The notes: generated by a model not told the origin, from the sequence alone. A DNA stretch of 64,000 bases from Planctomycetota bacterium (GCA_038227875.1 JBBRPR010000041.1:13811-77810), one strand, 5' to 3'; shown: positions 18,466 to 28,077, counted from the first letter of the stretch. Program-made: numbers and translations.

Positions 18466-19416
18466 ATGGGTGCCAATACGCTCGAAGCGCCGCAGGTGAA
18501 ACTGGAAGCGGGTAAAATCGCGCACGGTGTGCCGATTGAAGTTCCCAAGCCGGCGTCGAAAGCCCAGGTCAAATCGTTCGTCGACGATGGTTTTCTGGCC
18601 GTGGAAAACCTGGTCTCCCCAGCCGAACTTGAAGAGCTCAAGGCCGACACGTTCAAGCTCGCGCGCGGCGGCTATCCCTGCGAAAGTCTCAAACCGCTGC
18701 CGGCCGACATGAGCGATGCGGACGCGCTGGCCAAGATTCTATGCATCCACCAGCCGCACTACATCAGCCCGGTGATGAAGAAGTTCGCGATGCACGCGAA
18801 AATCTGCGGCGTGCTGAGCCAGATTACGGCCGCGCACCTGCCGCATTGGGACGGCAGCGTGAAATGCATGCAGACCATGCTCTTTGTCAAGCCGCCCCAG
18901 TTCCAGGGCCAGGCGTGGCATCAGGATGAAATCTACATTCCGACCCGCGATCGCTCGCTGATCGGCGCGTGGATCGCGATGGACGATGCCACACTCGAAA
19001 ACGGCTGCCTGTGGGTGGTCCCCGGTTCGCATCGCATGGGCTACCTCTATCCCCAGCGCGCGCACAACCGCAACGAAGAGTTCGACTTCGCGCCGGAAAG
19101 TTACGGCTTCGACGAGAACCAGCAGGTACCCGTCGTGGTCAAGGCCGGCACGGTGGTCTTCTTCAACGGCTACCTGCTCCACCGCAGCTTCAAAAACAAG
19201 ACCACCGACAGCTACCGCCGCGTGCTGGTGAGCCACTACATGAACTCCTGGTCGCATCTGCCGTGGGACATCCGCGAAGGCGAACGTTCTGCGACCGCCG
19301 ACCGTCGCGCGATCATTCCTGTCTCCGGCATCGACCCGTACGCGTGGAAAGGCTACGAAGACGGCGGGAAGAACGTGTGGCTGCGGACCTGCGCCGCAAA
19401 CGCAGAGAAGAAGTGA
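18466..19416 (+). CDS. PhyH-family Fe(II)/2-oxoglutarate dioxygenase
   Basis: WHQD, WIAMDDATLENGCLWVVPGSH, LLHRS..N.....RR. Confidence 0.9.
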   Translation: MGANTLEAPQVKLEAGKIAHGVPIEVPKPASKAQVKSFVDDGFLAVENLVSPAELEELKADTFKLARGGYPCESLKPLPADMSDADALAKILCIHQPHYISPVMKKFAMHAKICGVLSQITAAHLPHWDGSVKCMQTMLFVKPPQFQGQAWHQDEIYIPTRDRSLIGAWIAMDDATLENGCLWVVPGSHRMGYLYPQRAHNRNEEFDFAPESYGFDENQQVPVVVKAGTVVFFNGYLLHRSFKNKTTDSYRRVLVSHYMNSWSHLPWDIREGERSATADRRAIIPVSGIDPYAWKGYEDGGKNVWLRTCAANAEKK

Positions 19417-19576
19417 TTAACTGCATTGCGGATTTCGGATTGCGGATTGCGGATTAGTAGAGCGCGCAACACCGAGAGCCCAGTTGGTCCTTCCAATTGA
19501 AAACGCACGGGTTTAAAGCCCGTGCGTTTTCCATTCCAATCCGCAATCCGAAATCCGCAATCCGCAATGCTGTTAA
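19417..19576. repeat. Inverted GATTGCG heptamer arrays enclosing a hairpin
   Basis: 39-bp arms 19417-19455 and 19538-19576 are near-perfect reverse complements, each ending in TTAA; internal hairpin aaaacgcacggg/cccgtgcgtttt at about 19500-19530. Confidence 0.85.
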
Positions 19577-20328
19577 TGCGTTCCGTGCGAGCGTCCTCCA
19601 TACCTTGCATTCGGCGCCTCTAAAATCTCCGCCTGCCGCTTCGTTAAGTCGCTGAATTTCTTCGCGTCATAATACTGCGCGTGCCAGGAGATCGACTGCG
19701 GGCTGTATTTGTAGAATAGCGTCCGGCGTTCCCGGCTGCCGCGCCACGGAATCGTGCCGTGAGTGAGCGCTTCGGTGAAGATGATCGCTGTTCCCGCGGG
19801 ACCCGGGACTGCGCGTACGCATTCGGCCGGCGTGTTCAACGAATGCCAATCTTCCGGCAGCGGATAATTGGATTTGTGACTGCCGGGCACGCAGCCGAAG
19901 CCGCCGTCTCCGGGATTGACGTCGTGGAGATTGTAGGCGACGACCAGCAGGCCATTGTACATCCGTCCGTCGTGATGATTGAAGAACATGCACGAATCGA
20001 ACGGCGTCCCGCCGCCGTGCAAGCCACTGGCGGCCACGTTCGTGCCGCTGCGAATCACGTCGCAATAGTCATGATCGAGTCGGAAGCCCTGCCCGATCAG
20101 TTCGTCGAGGTACGGTGAAATGCGTGGGTTGTCGATCAATTCCCGATACGCTTTATCCCAGGCCAGCAGCGACTCTTCGAAGCGGTGCATTTTCGCCTCG
20201 GGCTTGGCATGCTCTGCAAGCTGGCCGTCGAGCACCCGGTTGAGCTCCTTCAATTGCCCTGCGCTCAGCGCATTCGGCACCGTGATGTAGCCCTGAAGAT
20301 CGAACAGATACTTTTCCTTCTCAGTCAT
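19573..20328 (-). CDS. PhyH-family Fe/2OG oxygenase with HxG motif
   Basis: EKYLFDLQGY, LHGG in place of HxD, GGFGCVPGSHK, FTEALTHG...W....ERR; AGGAG upstream of ATG 20328. Confidence 0.85.
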   Translation of the reverse strand: MTEKEKYLFDLQGYITVPNALSAGQLKELNRVLDGQLAEHAKPEAKMHRFEESLLAWDKAYRELIDNPRISPYLDELIGQGFRLDHDYCDVIRSGTNVAASGLHGGGTPFDSCMFFNHHDGRMYNGLLVVAYNLHDVNPGDGGFGCVPGSHKSNYPLPEDWHSLNTPAECVRAVPGPAGTAIIFTEALTHGTIPWRGSRERRTLFYKYSPQSISWHAQYYDAKKFSDLTKRQAEILEAPNARYGGRSHGTH

Positions 20329-20464
20329 TGGTTTGGCTCCTGGCCTGGCTCTTAGCTCTTGGGATTCCGAATCGCTCATGCCAAGCGCCCTCTGCGCTCG
20401 ACATGAGGCACGATTAAACCTACCATTTGTAAGTCTCAGGTTCCTGCAAAGGGCATACAGAATC

Positions 20465-21325
20465 TTGCAAAACAGCGCGCTTCCGGACATCGAAGTCGGC
20501 TTGGTGGAAGGGAGCCTGCACGCGTACGCCAATCCGCCCTGGGTATGGTCGGGGCCGTGGTCGTGGGAGACATGGGTGGTCGATTGGATCGCCTGGGACC
20601 GCAGCCTGCTGGCCACCTCTACCGACGGCGTGAATTTTACGCAGCACGCGCGGCCGCAATGGTCGTGGTACATTTTTCAACCGCATTGCGCTTACAAACA
20701 CCTGGAGCAGGAGGCACACACCAGCGCCGAAAGTCTCTGGTTCTTCTTCAAGGTGAAGCGCAAGTTTCCGCCGCTGACCAGCCGCCCGTTCAGTGTCTGT
20801 GTCGATCCGGAAGAACGACTCTGCGGGCACGTCCGCGCCATGTACGCGCTGCAGCAGAGCGGCGATCCCGGAGCGAGGCTGATCATCCAGTCACACGCGC
20901 TGACATTCCTGACGGAGATGCTTTCCGCCGCGCAGCGGGGAGGGGCAGGGACTCCAGAAAACCCGTGGCGCATCCGCAATCCGCTCGACCGCGGCAACGC
21001 CGACGCCTCGTTGCTCAACCGCGTCGACGCCGCCGTGATGCGCCGGATCGCCGCGCCGCCGGCGATCGACGAACTGGCTGAAGCGCTGGCGATGTCCGTC
21101 TCGTCGCTCGCCCACCGCTTCAAAGCAGAAACCGGCACGACGGTGATGGAACGCGTGCGCTGGCTGCGCATCCGCGAAGCGCGCGCACTGCTGACCAAGC
21201 CCGGCGCGTCGGTGAAAGGTGTGGCGCGCAAACTCGCGTTCAGCAGCCCGTTCCATCTCTCGAAACTGTTCCACGAACACACCGGGATGACCGCGGACGC
21301 ATACATCAAACGCCATCAGCGCTGA
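20465..21325 (+). CDS. AraC-family transcriptional regulator
   Basis: C-terminal LAEALAMSVSSLAHRFK..TG...RI.EAR.LL......VA.KL.FSS.FH.SK.F....G; start uncertain (TTG 20465 chosen to avoid the divergent gene's start region). Confidence 0.85.
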   Translation: MQNSALPDIEVGLVEGSLHAYANPPWVWSGPWSWETWVVDWIAWDRSLLATSTDGVNFTQHARPQWSWYIFQPHCAYKHLEQEAHTSAESLWFFFKVKRKFPPLTSRPFSVCVDPEERLCGHVRAMYALQQSGDPGARLIIQSHALTFLTEMLSAAQRGGAGTPENPWRIRNPLDRGNADASLLNRVDAAVMRRIAAPPAIDELAEALAMSVSSLAHRFKAETGTTVMERVRWLRIREARALLTKPGASVKGVARKLAFSSPFHLSKLFHEHTGMTADAYIKRHQR

Positions 21326-21372
21326 TGAATTCAAAATTCAAAAGTCAAAAATGCACGCGGAAGAGAGTTGCT

Positions 21373-21503
21373 GACCCTGTTGTAAATTTACGACAGGGTC
21401 AACTTAGGATAAGGGAAATTTTCCTTATGTTGGATTTTGACCAGTGTGCCAATTGGCACGGAGGTCCCTGGCGCTGACCTCCAGGCAAATTTGCCTGGAG
21501 GTC
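21373..21503. repeat. Cluster of four palindromes, three of them 28-bp GACC-N20-GGTC
   Basis: 21373-21400, 21409-21428, 21439-21466, 21476-21503; all centred on AATT. Confidence 0.8.
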
Positions 21504-21578
21504 TTCCTTGCGCGAAGACTGGGTGACCGAATACCCTGAACGCAGTAGATTCTATGCAGCTCGCCATTGAGGACCTAT

Positions 21579-21656
21579 ATGCCTCTTGCCAAAAAATACG
21601 GCATCATCACGGACATCCACGCCAACTACACGGCGCTGAAAGCGAAAGCGCGGTGA
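21579..21656 (+). pseudogene. 5' remnant of a metallophosphoesterase gene
   Basis: GAGGA RBS then MPLAKKYGIITDIHANYTALKAKAR-stop; DIHAN matches calcineurin-like motif I, later motifs are absent. Confidence 0.55.
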
Positions 21657-21659
21657 TGT

Positions 21660-22373
21660 ATGCAAAAATTGCAGAAGATATCAGTTGTCACCATCACTCC
21701 CCGCAGCCCTCGAATCGAGACTCCACCCTCTCGCTACAGTTTTTCAGACTCGAACATCTTCGGCGTAGTGGGTGCGATCTTCGCCGTGACAGCGATCGCA
21801 TTACTGATTCTCCGCAAACATGCCGCCACCTACACCGAGGCCAAATCGTTACAGGTCGCGTGTATTTTTGCCTTTCTGGTCGCGGTTGTGACGGGGATGT
21901 GGTCTTCGTTGAAATTTGCCAATGTCGTGCTCCGCAAGCGCGCAGAGGAACGGGGGAACAGTATGAGCTGGGATATCTACATCGTAAAGTTTTCAAAGCC
22001 TTATGCCACGGTTAAGGAAATTCCAGACGAGGAGCGTTCGGAACTGGGTACGCGAGTGGCCGTTCAGAAGGCACTTTCCGAAATATTTCCGACCATCAAG
22101 TGGAGAGACGACGGTTGGGGAAGTTGTGATCACGAATACGGTTTTATCGATTTTAACGTTGGCAATGACGACCCTGTTGACAGCATGATGTTGCTCGTTC
22201 GCGCAGCCAGTGCTGATGTTGTGCCGGATATCGTGCAGCTCTGCATGAAGAATGGATGGCAGGGAATCGACACAAGCACGAGCGACGGCGGGTTTATCGA
22301 AAGGGCGCAGGATCCGGCAGCGGGACTGAAGAGGTGGAGCGACTATCGGGATCAGGTTATCGAAAAGTTTTGA
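21660..22373 (+). CDS. Hypothetical protein (2 TM N-terminal part; soluble part may start at 21963 MSWDIY)
   Basis: Open frame with two hydrophobic segments; internal ATG preceded by GGGGA. Confidence 0.55.
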   Translation: MQKLQKISVVTITPRSPRIETPPSRYSFSDSNIFGVVGAIFAVTAIALLILRKHAATYTEAKSLQVACIFAFLVAVVTGMWSSLKFANVVLRKRAEERGNSMSWDIYIVKFSKPYATVKEIPDEERSELGTRVAVQKALSEIFPTIKWRDDGWGSCDHEYGFIDFNVGNDDPVDSMMLLVRAASADVVPDIVQLCMKNGWQGIDTSTSDGGFIERAQDPAAGLKRWSDYRDQVIEKF

Positions 22374-22386
22374 TACGAAAGGCGCG

Positions 22387-22692
22387 GTGATAATGCAGAC
22401 GCCTCAGAATTTTGAAAAAGCCAAAAAGAGGTCTTATGACACGTACCTTGCCGCTCAGGCTCAATATGACGCGGAACAACGCCCAAGGCGTGAGCGGCGC
22501 AAAAAGGACTCCATCGTATTCGCAGGCACGGGTCTTGGCTTTCTAGCGGTCGGGGCCTTACTCCAATTTTTGAACGGCTATGTCGTGTACCGCGGAGCAG
22601 GTTTTAGCCCGATAGAGGTGATGAGTGTTTTCATGTTGGTGGCTTCATCGGTGTTATTCCTGTGGGCCGCCTTGAAATTTGTGCGAAGTTGA
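22387..22692 (+). CDS. Small membrane hypothetical protein
   Basis: Two hydrophobic segments, tight spacing with neighbours. Confidence 0.55.
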   Translation: MIMQTPQNFEKAKKRSYDTYLAAQAQYDAEQRPRRERRKKDSIVFAGTGLGFLAVGALLQFLNGYVVYRGAGFSPIEVMSVFMLVASSVLFLWAALKFVRS

Positions 22693-22701
22693 CTTAAGGC
22701 C

Positions 22702-22977
22702 ATGAATCCCGACTCAAAAATCACCGATTCCAAGCCACGCGACGCCGCTCTTAACAAGCGCCGGACCGGCGACGCACTGATCTACCTCGCCGCAGCGGGG
22801 GGACTCACCGTGATTGGAATTCTCGTCGAAATCCTGCGCAGACTTGCCGTGACGGATTTCCTCGCCGACAACTCCATGGATCTGCTCTCGCCCTTTATGA
22901 TGATCGTGGGCATTTTCCTGTCTATCGTCGGGCTGGTAAAACTGGTTCGCGCCGATCAGGCCAGCCGGATTCCCTGA
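22702..22977 (+). CDS. Small membrane hypothetical protein
   Basis: Two hydrophobic segments. Confidence 0.55.
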   Translation: MNPDSKITDSKPRDAALNKRRTGDALIYLAAAGGLTVIGILVEILRRLAVTDFLADNSMDLLSPFMMIVGIFLSIVGLVKLVRADQASRIP

Positions 22978-23089
22978 CGCACTGGCATTTCCCGCCCGTT
23001 CCGCATACTATTTCCACCTACAGATTCCGCGCTACCAGGGCCCCAAGGATGAGGGTACAGACGCGGACCCATATTGGAGAGGAGCGCAC

Positions 23090-24637
23090 ATGCCAGTCCG
23101 CATCAGCAAGTTCATCAATGGTTACGTAACCCCCGAAGACGTCGGCCCCGACCTGAAAGTCCGCAAAGGTCTGCCGCCGTTCATGCTCAGCTTCACCAGC
23201 GATTACAAGCCGGTGATGACCTGGAACACCACGCGAACGTGCAACCTGCGCTGCATGCACTGCTACTCCGACAGCGAAACCAAAGCGTACGCCAACGAAC
23301 TCAACCACGAAGAAGCGATCAAGATGCTCGACGACATGGCCGAATACGGCGTGCCGATCCTGCTCTTCTCCGGCGGCGAGCCGCTGATGCGTAAACGCGT
23401 CTTCGAATTGATGGCCTACGCCCGCAAAATCGGCGTGCGGCCGACGCTCTCCACCAACGGCACGCTGATCTCCCGCCAAGTCGCGCAGAACATGAAGAAG
23501 GCCGGCCTCGGCTACGCCGGCATCTCGATGGACGGCTACGGCGACACCAACGATAAGTTCCGCGGCAAGGTCGGCGCCTTCGAGGACATGGTTAAGGGCG
23601 TGGACAACTGCCTGGCCGAAGGTGTCAAAGTTTCGCTGCGCTTTACCGTCACGCAGCACAACGCGATGGACCTGCCGAAAGTCTTCGATTTCCTCGAACA
23701 GCGCAATCTGCCCCGCATGTGTGTCTACCATCTCGTCTATTCCGGCCGCGGCAGCGACATCGCCTCCGACGACGTGGAACGAAAGTTCAGCCGCACCGTT
23801 GTTGACCAGATCATTGACCGCGCGGAGTACTTCCACAAGAAGGGCTTCGAAAAGGATCTGCTCACGATCGACAACCATTGCGACGGCCCGTACCTGATCA
23901 TCAAGCTGCGCGAACGCGGTCAGAAGAAGCTGGCCGACGACATTTACTCGCTGCTGCTCAAGCAGGGCGGCAACCGCAGCGGCATCGGATTCGGCGACGT
24001 CGACAACCTCGGCAATGTCCACGCCGATCAGTTCAGCTGGGATTATTCCTGGGGCAACGTGAAGCAGAAGACGTTCCGCCAGATCTGGGATAACGTCAGC
24101 GACGCCACGATCGCCGCGTACAAATACCGCCGCCCGCTGATCAAGGGCCGCTGCAGCAAGTGCCAGTTCTTCGAAATCTGCAACGGCAACTTCCGCGCGC
24201 GCGCCCGCTACGCGACCGGCGACCTGTGGGAGAGCGATCCGGCCTGCTACCTGACCGACGCGGAAATCGGCGTCTACAAGGACGCGCAGGGCAAGTACCA
24301 CAGCCACGATCCGAAGCTCGAAAACGAAGTCGAAACGCTGAAGCAGAAGGCGGAGCACTTCACCAAGCTGGGCATGAATGTCCCGCTGGCGATGGCCGCC
24401 GAAGCGACGGGCTGCCTGGCCGCGATTCCGAAGCAGGTCTCGGAAAATTACCTCGAGAAGGCCAAGACACTCGGCCCCATCGAAGCCGCGGAAGTCGCCG
24501 CCGATGAATTCACCAAGCCCGACCCCAAGCGCCTGGCCGAAGTTCAGAAGCTCAAGCCCGAAGCCTACGCTGATGCTGAAAAGGCCAAGGGCGTGAACCC
24601 GACGCTTGAAACGCTGACCGGCGCCGCCGGCGCGTGA
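23090..24637 (+). CDS. ahbC: Radical SAM/SPASM protein, AhbC/NirJ1-type (alternative heme biosynthesis)
   Basis: ISK..G N-terminus, KPV..WN.TR.CNLRCMHCY, LLFSGGEPL, YHLVYSGRG, VHADQF...SWGNV, C..C...ICNGNFR.RA...DPACYL. Confidence 0.75.
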   Translation: MPVRISKFINGYVTPEDVGPDLKVRKGLPPFMLSFTSDYKPVMTWNTTRTCNLRCMHCYSDSETKAYANELNHEEAIKMLDDMAEYGVPILLFSGGEPLMRKRVFELMAYARKIGVRPTLSTNGTLISRQVAQNMKKAGLGYAGISMDGYGDTNDKFRGKVGAFEDMVKGVDNCLAEGVKVSLRFTVTQHNAMDLPKVFDFLEQRNLPRMCVYHLVYSGRGSDIASDDVERKFSRTVVDQIIDRAEYFHKKGFEKDLLTIDNHCDGPYLIIKLRERGQKKLADDIYSLLLKQGGNRSGIGFGDVDNLGNVHADQFSWDYSWGNVKQKTFRQIWDNVSDATIAAYKYRRPLIKGRCSKCQFFEICNGNFRARARYATGDLWESDPACYLTDAEIGVYKDAQGKYHSHDPKLENEVETLKQKAEHFTKLGMNVPLAMAAEATGCLAAIPKQVSENYLEKAKTLGPIEAAEVAADEFTKPDPKRLAEVQKLKPEAYADAEKAKGVNPTLETLTGAAGA

Positions 24638-24740
24638 TTTTCTAGTGCCACGGATGCACAGACGCTTGAGCGTAGCTAAAGCGTCTGTTCATCCGTGCCT
24701 GCGCGTTTCTACTTTTCAAATACCGTACTGAAAGAATCCC

Positions 24741-25715
24741 GTGAGCGACGACACCCAATCCAATCCGCCACCGCCGCCCTTTCCGCTGGTCCAGATGCTT
24801 CTGGCAGCCGCGGCGATCATTGCAATTGCCGTCGGTCTTTATTTCGGGGTGCTCAAAGAAAAATCGGAAGCGAGTGACAGCGGCAGTGGCGGCGGCACGC
24901 CCGCCTTCACCGACCCTTCATCAGCGGCTGAACTTCAAATCAAAGCGACGCGTCCCGACGGCACGACCTCCTGGTCGGCGCTGGACGTTCCGGCCAAGCC
25001 CGCATTCTCGCCAGAAGTTGTGGCGCGCGGCAAAGACCTTTTCGCCAAAGCCTGCGTCGGTTGCCACGGTGCGGAAGGCAAGGGCAACGGAGTTGTGCCG
25101 ACGCATTTCGATTTTCCATCGCTGCCTGCCGATCTGTCGCACCCGGCGGAGTCCGTGAAAATCCGCACGACACTGATGGGCTCCAACCCGCGCGAGACCG
25201 ATCTCTTCCGCACGATTACGCGCGGATTGCCCGGCACTGCGATGTGGAGCTACCGCGACCTGCCCGCCGCTGATCGCTGGGCGCTGGTGGCGTACGTGAA
25301 AACGCTCTCCACCACTTACGGCCCCGACGAGCCGGAAGCCGTCGCGATTCCCGCCAAGTTGCCGCGCGATCAGGACATGCTCGACACGGGCGAGTATAAA
25401 TTTGCCCGCGTCTGCGCCAACTGCCACGGCGCAACAGGGACCGGACCGGTCTCCGCTCCCATGAAGAATTCCGACTCCGGCAAGCCCTATCCCGGAATCG
25501 CGTGGGCCCGCAATGGCGGCACGGAGATGCTCGGCGGAAATTCGGAAGAAGATTTCGCGCGCACGCTGCTGGCCGGCTTCCACAAGCGCAGCCCGATGCT
25601 GACCTTCAAAATCTATTTCTACGGCGGCGCCGACCCCACACCCGAACAAAAAATCGCCGGCGACCGGCTGCTGTGGGGCACGGTTTATTTCTGCCGCGAT
25701 CTGCTGAAGAAGTAA
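24741..25715 (+). CDS. Membrane-anchored diheme cytochrome c
   Basis: N-terminal TM, CVGCH and CANCH, DLFRTITRGLPGTAM. Confidence 0.85.
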   Translation: MSDDTQSNPPPPPFPLVQMLLAAAAIIAIAVGLYFGVLKEKSEASDSGSGGGTPAFTDPSSAAELQIKATRPDGTTSWSALDVPAKPAFSPEVVARGKDLFAKACVGCHGAEGKGNGVVPTHFDFPSLPADLSHPAESVKIRTTLMGSNPRETDLFRTITRGLPGTAMWSYRDLPAADRWALVAYVKTLSTTYGPDEPEAVAIPAKLPRDQDMLDTGEYKFARVCANCHGATGTGPVSAPMKNSDSGKPYPGIAWARNGGTEMLGGNSEEDFARTLLAGFHKRSPMLTFKIYFYGGADPTPEQKIAGDRLLWGTVYFCRDLLKK

Positions 25716-25752
25716 TCTAATTGGTGCGACGCGATTCGGTCACGCATGTCCA

Positions 25753-26931
25753 TCACTTCTCCGTCGTCGTCGTATCGATAAACACGTCCACCTGTTGCCC
25801 AACGTAGACGTTCGACTCCGCCTTGATCCGGTAGATCGCCTGGAGCACGCGCGTGTCGACCAACTCCGTCTGGCTGTTGGTCAGAGAACGCTTGGGCGTG
25901 ATGAACGGCTCGAGTCTCACGTACTCGATGGGAATCGGGTCGTTCGATCCTTTTAGGTACGCCGTCGCGGCCAAACCCGGGCGGAAGCGCGGCGCGTCGA
26001 ATTCGTCGATGTCGACGCGGATGTGCAGCGGGCCGGCCGAACCGAGCACAATCGACGCCTTCTCCGCTTCATCGCGCGAGGCGGTCGCGTACTCGCCTTC
26101 TTTCAAGTAGCAACTGTTGACCACGCCATCGCGCGGCGCGCGGACGGTGCGGCGCTCGATTTCGATCTCCAGTTTCGAGACCTGCGCCTTGGCTTGTTCG
26201 AGATCGGCCTTCGCCTTCGCGACGTTCGGCGCCCACTGACCGGCCAGGTACAGATCAAGATCGGCCTTCGCCTCGGCGACTTTTGACTCCGCGACTTTCT
26301 CCGCAGCCTTCCGTGATTCAACCAGGCTGCGTGAACTCGTCAGCTTTGCTTCCCCGGCCATCACTTGATAGCGCGCGCGGTCGAGATCGAACTTCGTGGT
26401 CGCGGCGTGCTGGACGGTGTACTCGAACTGGATCACACGGTCCTGGTGATCTTTCAGATTCGCTTCGTCGACGAGGACATCGGCCTGAGCGGACAGCGTG
26501 TCGTGCTGCGCCTGGATCACGGCCGCACCGGTCTCGGCGACTTTCGCGCGCAGGCCGGGTTCTTCCTCTTTGCGGCGATAGGCGACGACCAGATCGAGCG
26601 CCGCCTGAAACTGCGCGACCTGCGCCTTGGCCGTCGTCAAATCCGCTTCAAAACTGCGCGTGTCGAGATTGAAGAGCGCGTCGCCCTTCTTCACTTTCTG
26701 ACCGGGAACGACGTTTACCTTCATCACCAGTCCCGGATCGCTGACGCCGATGACGACATTTTCGCTCTCGGGTTCCACCAGCCCTGCGCCGGCAATGCCT
26801 TTTTCATAGGGGTTGCGCGGCGGCTTGTTCTTCAGCGGGACATTCGGTGGCGGCGCGCTGGCTTTCAGGGATTGAATCACAGCGAAGCCGATACCGAGGA
26901 TCGCGAGGACAATGATGACCCATTTTAACAT
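25753..26931 (-). CDS. HlyD/DevB-type membrane fusion protein
   Basis: N-terminal TM, V.PGQ.VKKGD.LF, long coiled coil, VRAP.DG.V, VDTRVLQ. Confidence 0.85.
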   Translation of the reverse strand: MLKWVIIVLAILGIGFAVIQSLKASAPPPNVPLKNKPPRNPYEKGIAGAGLVEPESENVVIGVSDPGLVMKVNVVPGQKVKKGDALFNLDTRSFEADLTTAKAQVAQFQAALDLVVAYRRKEEEPGLRAKVAETGAAVIQAQHDTLSAQADVLVDEANLKDHQDRVIQFEYTVQHAATTKFDLDRARYQVMAGEAKLTSSRSLVESRKAAEKVAESKVAEAKADLDLYLAGQWAPNVAKAKADLEQAKAQVSKLEIEIERRTVRAPRDGVVNSCYLKEGEYATASRDEAEKASIVLGSAGPLHIRVDIDEFDAPRFRPGLAATAYLKGSNDPIPIEYVRLEPFITPKRSLTNSQTELVDTRVLQAIYRIKAESNVYVGQQVDVFIDTTTTEK

Positions 26932-26952
26932 CGTACGGCTCCCAACACTTTC

Positions 26953-28077
26953 TTACCGGAAGACAATCGCCGGTTCGATTCTTAACACCCGGATGATGCT
27001 GATCATCGCCGCGAAAAGCACGGTGAGGATAGTGAGCACAAATGACAACGCGAGCAGATGCGGTGTGATCATGAACGCGAGCACCGCGCGTGGGCCGGCG
27101 TTGGCGCCCGAGAGCGCCGCCAGTCCCGTTCCCAGGCCCCAGCCCAGCAGCCCGACGACCAGCGCCTGCAGCAGCACCATTCGTACCAGCTTGGCGTTGT
27201 TGACGCCCATGGCTTTCAGCGCGCCGAAATGCTTGGTGTTCTCAACGACAAACGTGAAAAACGTCTGACCGGCGATGGCGATGCCAACGATCAGGCCGAG
27301 CAACGCGGTGATGCCTATGTTGATCGGGATGGCCGTGTTCTTGAACCAGTACGAAATCGTCGCCCAGAAAAACTCGCTCGACGTCTTCGCGCCGAGGCTG
27401 GTGGTCTCTTCAATCCGCGCTGCGACGACTTTGGGGTCGGCGCCGGGCTTGACCTTCACCAGCACAAACGTGAGCCGGTTGCGCTCACCGGGCGCGTACT
27501 GCAGCGCGCGTTCGTAGGTCGTATAAATGATCGGCCCGCTCGAGAACGACTTCGGTCCCATCGGCAACCCGGTGACAACCGCGCGCCGGTCGTTGATCTC
27601 CAGGACCTGTCCCACGGCGACGTTTTTGTAGATGGAAACGTTCTGATTGTCCCAGAGCACGCCGTCGGGTTGTTCGATGCCCTCGACGGAACCCGCTTCG
27701 AATTCCGGCGGAACGCCCAATTTTGAGAAGCGGTCCACGCCGATGATCGTCGCCGCCGCGTACGTGCCGTTGGGCAACTTCGCTGTGCTTCCGCCGAGAA
27801 ACAACCGCTCCGCCCATTCCACGCCCGGCACGCCGCGCACGCGCTGCAGCGCGGTGCTTTCGATCGCTTTGCGTTCTTCGTAATAACGCGTGGCCGGATG
27901 CATCACCCAGATGTCGACCTGCGGCAACCGTTCCACATTCGCTGCCGTGCGTCGCATCAGCCCGGTGAAAATGGAGCCCTGCTGCACGATCAACGTCGTC
28001 GAGAATGTGAGACCAAACACGAGCGCCAGGAACTTGGTCGTGTCGCCGATCAGCATGCGTAGGGCGATGTAATACAT
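26953..28077 (-). CDS. ABC transporter permease, DevC/FtsX family
   Basis: IALRMLIGD..KF...G..F, periplasmic MacB-like loop, FG.LKAMG, RV.RIEPA.VFR. Confidence 0.85.
   Translation of the reverse strand: MYYIALRMLIGDTTKFLALVFGLTFSTTLIVQQGSIFTGLMRRTAANVERLPQVDIWVMHPATRYYEERKAIESTALQRVRGVPGVEWAERLFLGGSTAKLPNGTYAAATIIGVDRFSKLGVPPEFEAGSVEGIEQPDGVLWDNQNVSIYKNVAVGQVLEINDRRAVVTGLPMGPKSFSSGPIIYTTYERALQYAPGERNRLTFVLVKVKPGADPKVVAARIEETTSLGAKTSSEFFWATISYWFKNTAIPINIGITALLGLIVGIAIAGQTFFTFVVENTKHFGALKAMGVNNAKLVRMVLLQALVVGLLGWGLGTGLAALSGANAGPRAVLAFMITPHLLALSFVLTILTVLFAAMISIIRVLRIEPAIVFR

Noticed and set aside
21579..22373. Selenocysteine read-through at TGA 21654 (in frame with ORF 21660; selB is present)
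   Set aside because: The downstream frame does not continue the phosphoesterase motifs and no clear SECIS-like hairpin follows
21373..22977. Integron cassette array
   Set aside because: No RYYYAAC..GTTRRRY attC sites between the ORFs and no IntI nearby
23018..24358. 446-aa minus-strand ORF
   Set aside because: Antisense shadow of ahbC
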